Below are positions 34,492 to 47,013 of a DNA stretch of 64,000 nt, in pieces. Source of the DNA: Anaeramoeba ignava BMAN (lineage: Eukaryota; Protista; Anaeramoebae). Where the stretch lies: contig JAPDFW010000122.1 in assembly GCA_028826165.1 (NCBI GenBank), positions 101,248 to 165,247 on the forward strand, given 5' to 3'. Both the position numbers and the translations under genes were made by a program. Every line of letters begins with the position of its first letter. The first letter of the stretch is position 1. The notes beneath the pieces are model-generated. The model saw only the letters and a program-made list of their open reading frames with translations. It was not told the DNA's origin and searched no databases.

Positions 34492-37400
34492 ATGCAAGAT
34501 ATAAAAATACAAAGAAAAAATCGACTTCAACTTCAATTTGGAATAGTTTGTATTGCACATCTTTCAAGTGAACTTGATTTTGTTTTTGTTACTTGGAAAA
34601 GAGGTGCAAGAAAAGGACAAACTAATTTTGCACATGTTTCAAATACTGGTTTTGTATCTTTTAATCAAGAATTTCAAATTCAAGCAACTTTATTTTATGA
34701 TCGAAAGAAACAAAAAATTTCTCCAAAAATATTACAATTTACTTTAAAAAAAGTAAAAAGAAAATTTATAATTAAATTTATATAAAAAATTATAATTAAA
34801 TTTATAATTAAATTTATAATTAAATTTATATAAAAATTTTATATAAAAATTTATAATTAAATTTATATAAAAATTTTATATAAAAAATTATAATTAAATT
34901 TTATATAAAAAATTATAATAAAATTTATAATTAAATTTATAATTAAATTTATAATTAAATTTATATAAAAATTTTAATAAAATTTATATAAAAATTTATA
35001 TAAAAATTTATAATTAAATTTATAATTGAAATTTATATAAAAATTTTAAGGGAAGATCAATTAATAAAAACGAAAGTCAAACAATCGGAAAATTATGGAT
35101 AGATGTTGGAAATATTTTTCCAAATGAAGAACCTCTTATCAAAGATTATTCATTATTTATTAAAAACGATGAACTTCATGGAGAAAAACCAATCATACTT
35201 TTATGCATGAGACTTGTTAAAATGACAAAATTTAAACTTCTTCCAAATCTTTTAGATTTGCCTGTAATCCAAGATAAAGTTCAAGCATTTACTTTAATTC
35301 ATGATAAATCTCAAGATATACTTGATGAACATTATTCACAAATATCTATTCCTTCAAATCCTTTAACTGAACCACTAAACGAAGAGAGTCTTATGGAACT
35401 TTCAGAAAATTCTGATATTGATACAATCATGTCATTTAAAGAAACAGATTTTATATTCAATCGATTTGTAGAAGAAATGAAAACTAATGGAAATTCCCCA
35501 AGACAAAATCATTTAAATAGTATATAATAATCACAATATTCTTTTTTATCATCTCCTTCTTTAAAAATTTTAAAATATCTAAATTTATTTGTTTATTCAT
35601 TAATTTACGGGAAAAGATAACTTTGATAATCGCCAAATGTTCTCACAATTTAAAGATCATATTTCTGTTTTAAATGATGATGACTTTGTTCAAGTCCAAA
35701 AAAAACCACAAATTGAACATCAAAATATCTTTGAACAAAAGCAAGAAAATCTAAATTTCGAAACAAGAAACCCAAGCCCATTTGAACAAGAAAAACCCAA
35801 ATATCCAGAAGCAAAATATTATACTCAACCAAATGAAATTTCATCGCTAAAAATAGTGGATATTATTGAAGAAGAAGAAGAAGAAAAAAAAAAAGAAGAA
35901 GATTATGATATTCCAGAAATACAAGAAAAATTGCACATTCTTTCAGAACAACAACAAATTTTGAATGGGTTGCAAAGCCAACTTCAAATATACAAAGTAA
36001 TCCGGCTTGAAAAATGGCTAATTGAAAATTCATTGTATTTTAACGAAGGTGATTTCGGAAGAAAATATCCAATTCCTTCAACAGTTATCATAAAATTTCT
36101 TGTTTATTTTGAAGGCTTCACAAAAAATCCATTGTTATCAAGAATAATTATTAATTCATTCAAGTATCTTACTTATGCTTATATCAAAGACAAAGAAAAC
36201 ACATTAAAATTTCTTTCAGTTATAACAACATTACGAGCCATTTTGGACCAAGAAATTTGGAACCAAAATCCGCAAAGTATTGCTCTTGAAAAATTTCGTT
36301 CAGATTTGAATTTAATTGCACAAGAAAATTTGAAAAATTATATCGAAAATTTAATACCATCCACTAAATTTATACTTAAACATGTTTTTTTTCCTGTTAC
36401 ATTACCAAAAGATTATCAAAAACCAAAAGCGCGAGTGACGCTTATTAAAGAAAGATTTTCAACAGTTCAACTTCAAGATCATTTAAATGAAACAATAAAT
36501 TTGGCAAAATTTTATTTAATGCCTGAGAAATTTATACAAATAATTTTATTTCAGTTGTGTTCGTTTATTAATATTTTCTTATTTAATCAATTATGTTCTA
36601 AAAAAAATCTTTGTAAAACTTCTTTTGCTATTCACATCAAGATAATTATTTCTCAACTTGAAGATTGGATCAAGAATATTAAATTTGGGAAATTTTCACA
36701 GTATTCATTATATCTAAAAAATTAAAAATATTTAATTTAATTTATATAAAAATATTTAATTTAATTTATATAAAAATATTTAATTTAATTTATATATAAA
36801 TATTTAATTTAATTTATATATAAATATTTAATTTAATTTATATATAAATATTTAATTTAATTTATATATAAATATTTAATTTAATTTATATATAAATATT
36901 TAATTTAATTTATATATAAATATTTAATTTAATATTTATATATAAATATTTAATTTAATTTATATATAAATATTTAATTTAATTTATATATAAATATTTA
37001 ATTTAATTTATATTTAATTTAATTTAATTTATATAAAAATATTTAAATTAATTTATATATAAATATTTAATTTAATTTATATATAAATATTTAATTTAAT
37101 TTATATATAAATATTTAATTTAATTTATATAAAAATATTTGATTTAATTTTATATATAAAATATTTAATTTAATTATATAAAAAAATATTTAATTTAATT
37201 TATATATAAATATTTAAATTTAATTTATATATAAATATTTGATTTAATTTATATATAAATATTTATTTTAATTTTATATATAAAATATTTAAATTTAATT
37301 TATATAAAAAATATTTAATTTAATTTATATATAAATATTTAATTTAATTTATATATAAAAATATTTAATTTAATTTATATATAAAAATATTTAATTTAAT

Positions 37401-39502
37401 TTATATATAAATATTTAATTTAATTTATATATAAAAATATTTAATTTAATTTATATATAAATATTTAATTTAATTTATATATAAATATTTAATTTAATTT
37501 ATATATAAATATTTAATTTAATTTATATAAAAATATTTAATTTAATTTATATAAAAATATTTAATTTAATTTATATATAAATATTTAATTTAATTTAATA
37601 TATATATAAATATTTAATTTAATTTATATATAAATATTTAATTTAATTTATATAAAAATATTTAATTTTAATTTATATATATAAATATTTAATTTAATTT
37701 ATATATAAATATTTAATTTAATTTATATATATAAATATTTAATTTAATTTATATATAAATATTTAATTTAATTTTATATATAAAATATTTTAATTTAATT
37801 TTTTATATAAAAATATTTAATTTAATTTATATAAAAATATTTAATTTAATTTTTATATATAAATATTTAATTTAATTTATATAAAATAAAATATTTAATT
37901 TAATTTATATATAAATATTTAAATTTAATTTATATATAAAATATTTAATTTAATTTATATATAAATATTTAATTTAATTTATATATAAAATATTTAATTT
38001 AATTTATATATAAATATTTAAATTTAATTTATATATAAATATTTAATTTAATTTATATATAAATATTTAATTTAATTTATATATAAATATTTAATTTAAT
38101 TTTATATTAAATTTATTTATATATAAATATTTAATTTAATATATATAAATATTTAATTTAATTTATATAAAAAAATTTAATTTTTATAAAAAATTTAATT
38201 TAATTTTTATAAAAAAATATTTAATTTAATTTATATATAAATATTTAATTTAATATATAAATATTTAATTTATATAAAAATATTTGATTTAATTTATATA
38301 AAATATTTGATTTAATTTATATATAAATATTTAATTTAATTTATATAAATATTTAATTTAAATATAAAATTTATATTAAATATTTAATTTAATATATATA
38401 TAAATATTTAATTTAATTTATATATAAATATTTAATTTAATTTATATATAAAATATTTAATTTAATTTATATATAAATATTTAATTTAATTTATATATAA
38501 ATATTTAATTTAATTTATATAAAAATATTTAATTTAATTTATATATAAATATTTAATTTAATTTATATAAAATTTAAATTTATTATTTATATATAAAATT
38601 TAATTTTTTTAATTTATATAAAAATATTTGATTTAATTTATATATAAATATTTAATTTAATTTATATATAAATATTTGATTTAATTTATATATAAATATT
38701 TGATTTAATTTATATAAATATTTAATTTAATTTATATAAAAATATTTAATTTATATATAAATATTTAATTTAATATATATAAAAATATTTAATTTAATTT
38801 ATATATAAATATTTAATTTAATTTATATATAAATATTTAATTTAATTTATATATAAATATTTAATTTAATATATATAAATATTTGATTTAATTTATATAT
38901 AAATATTTAATTTAATTTATATATAAATATTTGATTTAATTTATATATAAATATTTAATTTAATTTATATATAAATATTTAATTTAATTTATATAAAAAT
39001 ATTTGATTTTAGTTCTTCTTTTTTTAAAGAAATAAAACAAGGAGCTACTTGTTTAGTAATGAATAAAAAAATTTTATCTTCTGATGGATCTTTTGTTGAT
39101 GTTTGTCCAGATTTGAATATAAATCAAATATTTCAATTACTCTCAAATTTTACACCAGATTCGTAAAATATTAAATATTAAAAATATTATTATTTAAATT
39201 ATTTATTATATTAAATTGTTTAAATATTGATTTATATTAGAATGGATGATGAACAAATTCTTCATTCACAATTAGCAAGTTTAAGACTTCGTACAAGAAA
39301 TTTACTTCAAAAAACAGATCAAGTTCTTATTCAATATAAAGATTTTTCTTTTGAAAAATTTTCATTTTTAAATATTCCAATTGAAAAATGGGATAGAATT
39401 CATCTTCCTGAAGAAATTTGTAAAAGGAAAGGTTTAACATTTTTAATTGAAACAATTGATACTTTAAGAATTTATTCCAATTCTCAAAATCAACATATTT
39501 AA
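34492..39502 (+). CDS. NT-type C2 (EEIG1/EHBP1) + Dilute (DIL) domain protein, multi-exon
   Basis: VFVTWKRG..FQIQATLF..PKILQFTL (NT-C2). QLCSFINIFLFNQL..IKIIISQLEDW..VCPDLNINQIFQLLSNFTPD (DIL). Confidence 0.75.
36730..39005. repeat. ~24-bp intronic satellite (AAATATTTAATTTAATTTATATAT)n
   Basis: Directly visible, period 24. Confidence 0.92.
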
Positions 39503-39825
39503 ATTGAATAAAAAATAATTTTAAAAAAAAATAAAAACCTTTCAAAATTTTATTTAAAGATAAAGTTTAAAATTATTTTTAAATTATTTTATTTGTTTTT
39601 TTTAAATTATTTTTGGAAAAGAAAGAAAGAAAAAAAAAAGAAGAAAAAAAAAAATTTAAAAAAAAATTTTTTCATTTTTTTCCATTTTTTTTATTTTTCT
39701 ATTTTAATCCATTTATATAAATTTCTTTTCAAAAACAAAACAAAACAAAAAAAAATTTTTTTTTCTTTTGAATTTTTTTTTTTTTAATTTGACGAACTTT
39801 TATATCTTTTTTTTTTTAATTAGAA

Positions 39826-42248
39826 ATGAAAAGATCAATTAAAAATGATTCAAAAAATCAAAAAAAAGAAAATAATAACACAAATAATAATGAAAAAAAT
39901 TTTAACAACAAAAACAATAAAAAAAAAGAAGAAAAAGAAGAAAAAGAAAATTCAAATCAATCAAATAAAGAAGAAGAGCAAAAAAAAATTAATTCAGATT
40001 TTAACTTATTTTCTCAACAAAATTCAAAATTATTTTCTCAAAATGAAAATGAAAATGAAAATGAAAATGAAAATCAAAATCAAAATCAAAATCAAAATTT
40101 AAATCAAAATCAAAATCAAAATCCAAATTTAAATCCAAATTTAAATCCAAATTTAAATCCAAATTTAAATCCAAATTTAAATCAAAATTTAAATCCAAAT
40201 CAAAATTTAAATCCAAATTTAAATCAAAATTTAAATCCAAATCAAAATTTAAATCCAAATTTAAATCCAAATTTAAATCCAAATTTAAATCCAAATCAAA
40301 ATCAAAATCAAAATCAAAATCAAAATCAAAATCAAAATCAAAATCAAAATCAAAATCAAAATCAAAATCAAAATCAAAATCAAAATCAAAATCAAAATCA
40401 AAATCAAAATATAAATCAAAATTTAAATCAAAATTTAAATCAAAATCAAAATCAAAATCAAAATCAAAATGAAAATGAAAATGAAAATCAAAATCAAAAT
40501 CCAAATCAAAATCAAAATCAAAATCAAAATCAAAATCAAAATCAAAATCAAAATCAAAATCAAAATCAAAATCAAAATATAAATCAAAATCAAAATCAAA
40601 ATTTAAATCAAAATCAAAATCAAAACCAAAATGAAAATGAAAATCAAAATCAAAATCAAAATCAAAATCAAAATCAAAATCAAAATCAAAATCAAAATCA
40701 AAATCAAAATCAAAATCAAAATCAAAATTTAAATCAAAATCAAAATCAAAATCAAAATAACTTTGGACAAAACTCACATTTATATCCACGATTTGTTCAA
40801 ATTAATCAAATTAATCAATTCCCAAATTTACAACAAAATCCACAATTATTTCCTCAATTTTTTCCAAATTTTATTCCCTTATCTGAATATTATAATTTTC
40901 AAAATGGAAATTTTCAACAACCACAAATTCACCCTTTTCCTCATAATTTGTATCAATTTCAAACGAATGATTCAAAAAATACTCAAAAAAATCAAACCCA
41001 AAAAATCCAAGAGCATGCCTTTAAGACTTTAAATAGTCATCAAAAGCTTAATCATACAAACCACGTTTCAAATCCTTCTATTTTAGGAAATAAAGAGTAA
41101 ATTTCATTTCAAATCAAAATTAAAATTAAAATAAAAATCAAAATCAAAATCAAAATTAAAATCAAAATCAAAATCAAAATCAAAATCAAAATCAAAATTT
41201 AAATCAAAATCAAAATCAAAATCAAAATCAAAATCAATTTCAATTTCAATTTCAAAATCAAAATTAAAATGAAAATCAAAATTAAAATCAAAATTAAAAT
41301 TAAAATTAAAATCAAAATCAAAATCAAAATCAAAATCAAAATCAAAATCAAAATCAAAATCAAAATCAAAATCAAAATTAAAATTAAAATCAAAATTTAA
41401 ATCAAAATTAAAATCAAAATCAAAATCAAAATCAAAATCAAAATCAAAATTAAAATTAAAATTAAAATTTTCTTTTTTTTCTTCAAGTCCAAATGAAAGC
41501 ATTTTTGGAGTTAAACAATTTCTACTTAACGTTCAAAAAAGATTTCAAAAAATGCCAAATCGATACAAAACATTTTTAAAGATCTTCAATGAATATGCAC
41601 AATCCAATAAAGAAGAAATTAGAATAAGTGTTGAAAATTTCCTTTCTGATCAATCGGATCTTCTAGATCAATTCAGAAAATTATTCAATCAAGATCCTAA
41701 CGGAATATTAGCAAATATATCACTTTGGAAAGCTTGTCAGTTTTTAGGAAATGTTAAAAAAAGATTCTCTAGTAATCCCAAAGTTTACTTTGATTTTGTC
41801 AAAATTCTTAAAGATCAACAAGAGAAAAAATTATCACATGAATTAGTTCGTACTCAAATTAATGAACTTTTTAAGAATTCTCCTGATCTTCTTGACTCTT
41901 TTGCTGATTTTACTCAAGATACTGGAATATTACAAGAAAAACAAATCAATTTCACAAATCAATTTCCAAATCAATTTCCAAATCAAATTTCAAATCAAAA
42001 TCAAAATCAAATTCCAAATCAATTTTTAAATCAATTTTTAAATCAAAATCAAATTCGAAATCAATATTTAAATCAAAATCAAATTCGAAATCAATATTTA
42101 AATCAAAATCAAATTCGAAATCAATATTTAAATCAAAATCAAATTCGAAATCAATATTTAAATCAAAATCAATATTTAAATCAAAATCAAATTCGAAATC
42201 AAATACGAAATCAAATACGAAATCGATTTAAAAATCGAATTCGAAATG

Positions 42249-42298
<50 letters not shown>

Positions 42299-43753
42299 AA
42301 ATGAAAATGAAACTGAAAACAACAACTCTTTTAATCAAAAACAACAAAACGTTTATCCCAAAATGAAAAATAATTCTGATAATTTTAAACCAATAGATTT
42401 TGGGAATAAAATCGAAAAAAATGGAAGAAATTTATTTAAAAAAATGAAAAAGAAAATATCATTTCAAGGATATAATGATATTCTTAAATCTGTTAATTTA
42501 TTTATTTATGGAATTTTAGATAAAGATGATCTTCTTCTTCTTATTGAGCAAATATTGGAATTTGAAGAAGAATTAAAATTTTTTAAGAAGTTTTCAGAAC
42601 TTCTGATTGAAATAAATAATCCAGATCAAAATGAATATCAAAATAAAACAAGTATTATGAATATTGAAAATCAAGAATCTTCAGGAAAATCATATAAAGC
42701 ATTACCTTATTCTGTAAAAAATCAAAATCAAAATTAAAATTAAAATAAAAATCAAAATTAAAATCAAAATCAAAATTAAAATCAAAATCAAAATCAAAAT
42801 CAAAATTAAAAATTCAAAATCAAAATTAAAATCAAAAAATCAAAATCAAAATTAAAATCAAAATCAAAATCAAAATCAAAAATAAATCAAAATCAAATCT
42901 TTATAAATTAATATCAAAATCAAAATCAGAATTAGAAAAATTTAAATTCAAAATCAAAATCAAAATCAAAATCAAAATCAAAATTCAGATGAAATCGAAA
43001 AATCAAAATCAAATTTGGTCAATTTGTAAAAATTCAAAATCAAAATCAAAATTAAAATTAAAATTTAAAATTTAAATTTAAATTTAAACTAAAATTAAAA
43101 TCAAAATCAAAATCAAAATCAAAATTAAAATCAAAATCAAAATTAATATCTTTATAAAGCTCACCAATAAGAAATGTTCTGCTAGAACAGATTTAGAAAA
43201 AAGTGTTTTAAATGATAGATGGATTTCTTTTCCAAGAGGAAGTGAAGTAAATTCTGTTGGAGAAAATCAAAGATCAGATGAATCTTCAGATGAAAGTTCA
43301 GATGATATAGAAGATGAAATGCATCGAAATGATGTTGAAATTGAATTAAATAATCGTTTATTTCGAGAAATTTGGTCAATTTGTAAAAATATTGATTCCT
43401 TTAATAATGATCAACTTTTTGAATTTCTTGAAAGTAAGAAATTAAAATCAAAATTAAAATCAAAATTAAAATCAAAATTAAAATCAAAATTAAAATCAAA
43501 TTCAAAATTAAAATTCAAATCAAAATTAAAATCAATATTTTGCTTTTTAATTCTTAATTTAGGATTATTTTCAGATAGATTTCATGTTTTAGCTTTAACA
43601 AATATTTATAATAAAAAAATAGAAGAGGTTAAATCTTTATTAACTGAAGATCCAAAACAAACTCTTTTAATTATTTATGAAAGATTAAAATTAGTTGATC
43701 TTGAAGTGAAAAAAAATCAAGCTCAAATTTTTCAATCACGTCAATTAAAATAA
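39826..43753 (+). CDS. Short Sin3-like PAH-domain protein with N/Q-rich N-terminus, multi-exon, apparent frameshift near 42250
   Basis: PAH repeats ([43 protein letters not shown]) and partial HDAC-interaction domain ([28 protein letters not shown]). Confidence 0.8.
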
Positions 43754-43938
43754 GGAAATTTTAAAGATTGAAAAATTCTTGTTCCACTTTTTCTTTTTCT
43801 TTTTCTTTTCCATTTTCTTTTCCATTTTCTTTTTCTTTTCATTTTGATTTTGTTGATAAAATGTTTTAATTTCAAGAAAAAATTTTTTTTCATTTTTTTC
43901 ATTTTTTTCTTTTTATATTTTATATTTTATATTTTAAA

Positions 43939-44629
43939 ATGGATAAAAAACCTTCAATTCCTCAAGAAAATAAAAGTTCTGCTGTTGCTTATGGTTTTTC
44001 TTATTGGATGCTTCTTTGGGTTTCTCTTGGTTAATTTTTAAAAAAATTTGAATAAAATAAATTGAATTAAATAAATTAAATTAAATAATTTAAATTAAAT
44101 AATTTGAATTAAATAATTTGAATTAAATAATTTGAATTAAATAATTTAAATTAAATAAATTGAATTAAATAATTTGAATTAAATAATTTGAATTAAATAA
44201 TTTGAATTAAATAATTTAAATTAAATAAATTGAATTAAATAAATTAAATTAAATAATTTTTTAGGTTGTTATTTTCTTTGGTCTTTTATTCCTTCTAGAA
44301 TTTATGAATCTGTTGGAATTACTTATTATCCTAATAAATATTGGGCTGTTGCCGTTCCTGTTTATTTATATGTTTTCTTTGCTTTGGTTTTTCTTATGGA
44401 TTTAATGTTTATTCTTCTTTTAACAGAACCACTTGATTCATTTAATACAATTTCAGATTTTGCTTCAATTTATAGAACTGAAAAAGATCCTGATTCAAAC
44501 AAAATTGAATTTAATCATATTCACGAAAAGGATAATGAATATCTTCATAAAGTTCCTTTAATTGAAGATATTCCAATAACTGCTGTTAATGAATTACTTT
44601 TTAGAAATCGAGATGGAAATTTAAAATGA
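43939..44629 (+). CDS. PIGP: GPI-GlcNAc transferase subunit P, 2 exons
   Basis: AYGFSYW..YFLWSFIP..GITYYPNKYWAVAVP..EDIPITAVNELLF. Confidence 0.9.
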
Positions 44630-44872
44630 TTATTGAATGAATAAATAAATAAATAAATTTTTTTGTTCCACTTTTTTATTTTAATTTTTATTTTAATTTT
44701 TATTTTAATTTTTATTTTAATTTTTAAATTGTTTTATGTGAAAATTTACTTAGAAAATTAGAAAAAAAAAATATTATTTAGATATTAAATAATTTCCTTT
44801 TTTTTTTTTTAAAAGAAAAGAATAAGAAATTATTTTGTTCCACTTTTTTATTTTTAAATTATTTTGAAATAT

Positions 44873-46851
44873 TTATTTTTCAACAATTTCTTTAATAATA
44901 TTAATTGTTTCTTGATTTTCTAAACTTTTTTCTTCTAATTCATTTAATGGAGAAACTGGTTGTGAATCTTGATTATTTTTCAATTCATTTTTTTGTTTTT
45001 TTTCTTCTTTTTTTTTCTTATCAAAAATTTTTTCATAATTTTTGAAAGTTTGAAATAAATTTTCAAGAATTGGAATTTGTTTTTCAAGAGATTCTTTTTG
45101 TAAGTTTGTAGATTCAATCATTTCCGAGACATTTTGATATTTTTCACATTCACGTTTAGTTGTTGGAGGAATTAAAATATCGTTTGATTTTTTGTTTATT
45201 TTACGAACAAATTGATGAATTATTTTTTTGATTTTCTTTTTTTCTCTTGAATTATTTCGAAGATAAACTCTTGATTTGAAAAATTTGGAAATTGCGTTAT
45301 CTGTTGAAACTAAAAGGAATTTTGTTGTTTGTTCTGATAATGGTTTCCATCCTTTTTGGTTTGCTCGCTCAATTTTGGTTCTTGTTTCTTTGTCAAGTGT
45401 GATTACTTTCCGATTTCTTTTTTTTTTTCGGTTTTGTGTTTCTGAATTTTCGAACACAAGATTATTCAAATCTTTTAATTTTGACTTTTTTTTTTAAATT
45501 TATTAATTAAATTTTGATTAAATTTAAATTTAGAAATAAATAATTTTGTTTTGGATTTAAAAGTAAATAATTTTGTTTTAAATTTAAAAGTAAATAAAAA
45601 GTTTTGAATTTAAAAGTAAATAAAATAGTTTTAAATTTAGAAGTAAATAATTTTGTTTTAAATTTAAAAGTAAATAAAAGTTTTGGATTTAAAAGTAAAT
45701 AAAATAGTTTTAAATTTAGAAGTAAATAAAATAGTTTTGGATTTAGAAGTAAATAAAATAGTTTTGGATTTAGAAGTAAATAAAATAGTTTTAAATTTAG
45801 AAGTAAATAAAATAGTTTTAAATTTAGAAGTAAATAATTTTGTTTTAAATTTAAAAGTAAATAAAATAGTTTTGGATTTAAAAGTAAATAAAATAGTTTT
45901 GGATTTAAAAGTAAATAAAATAGTTTTGAATTTAGAAGTAAATAAAATAGTTTTAAATTTAGAAGTAAATAAAATAGTTTTAAATTTAGAAGTAAATAAA
46001 ATAGTTTTAAATTTAGAAGTAAATAAAATAGTTTTAGATTTAGAAGTAAATAATTTTGTTTTAAATTTAAAAGTAAATAAAATAGTTTTAAATTTAGAAG
46101 TAAATAATTTTGTTTTGGATTTAGAAGTAAATAAAATAGTTTTAAATTTAGAAGTAAATAAAATAATTTTGGATTTAAAAGTAAATAAAATAGTTTTAAA
46201 TTTAGAAGTAAATAGTTTTGTTTTGGATTTAAAAGTAAATAATTTTGTTTTAAATTTAGAAGTAAATAATTTTGTTTTAAATTTAGAAGTAAATAAAATA
46301 GTTTTGGATTTAGAAGTAAATATTGTTTTGGATTTAGAAGTAAATAAAATAATTTTGTTTTAAATTTAGAAGTAAATAATTTTGTTTTAAATTTAGAAAT
46401 AAATAAAATAGTTTTGGATTTAAAAGTAAATAAAATAGTTTTGGATTTAGAAATAAATAGTTTTGTTTTGGATTTAAAAGTAAATAATTTTGTTTTAAAT
46501 TTAGAAGTAAATAATTTTGTTTTAAATTTAGAAGTAAATAAAATAGTTTTAGATTTAGAAGTAAATAAAATAGTTTTGAATTTAGAAGTAAATAAAATAG
46601 TTTTAAATTTAGAAGTAAATAAAATAGTTTTAAATTTAGAAGTAAATAAAATAGTTTTAAATTTAGAAGTAAATAAAATAGTTTTGGATTTAGAAGTAAA
46701 TAATTTTGTTTTGAATTTAGAAGTAAATAAAATAGTTTTAAATTTAGAAGTAAATAAAATTGTTTTAAATTTAGAAGTAAATAAAATAGTTTTAAATTTA
46801 GAAATAAATAGTTTTGTTTTAAATTTAGAAGTAAATAAAAAAAATTACCAT
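44873..46851 (-). CDS. Coiled-coil protein, CENP-Q-like. The first coding exon is only the ATG
   Basis: ATG (46851-46849) is followed by GTAATT. The AG acceptor at 45486-45485 is in frame with the ORF. WKPLSEQT..L....I....EK..I....LIPP resembles the CENP-Q N-terminal pattern. Confidence 0.5.
45550..46840. repeat. 21-bp intronic minisatellite (TTAGAAGTAAATAAAATAGTT-type)
   Basis: Directly visible. Produces the LEVNKIV pseudo-ORFs. Confidence 0.92.
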
Positions 46852-47013
46852 AAATAATAAAAATTAAATTAAAAAAAAAATGAAAAAAAAATGAAAAAAA
46901 ATTTTAACGATTTTTATTTAAAATTTTTTATTTAAATTTTTTTTTTTTATTACAAGATAATTAAGAAAAAGAAAAAGAAAAAGAAAATTAAGTTTTTGTT
47001 TTAAATATTTAAA

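Noticed and set aside
36730-39005. CRISPR-like periodic array
   Set aside because: No unique spacers, no cas genes, eukaryotic intron context
42245-42256. Sin3-like gene as two genes or a pseudogene
   Set aside because: Removing one A from gaaaag joins the frames (NESESE...). Probable homopolymer error
45683-46857. ORFs with LEVNKIV heptad repeats
   Set aside because: Translation of a 21-bp minisatellite inside a minus-strand intron. No ATG start or unique sequence
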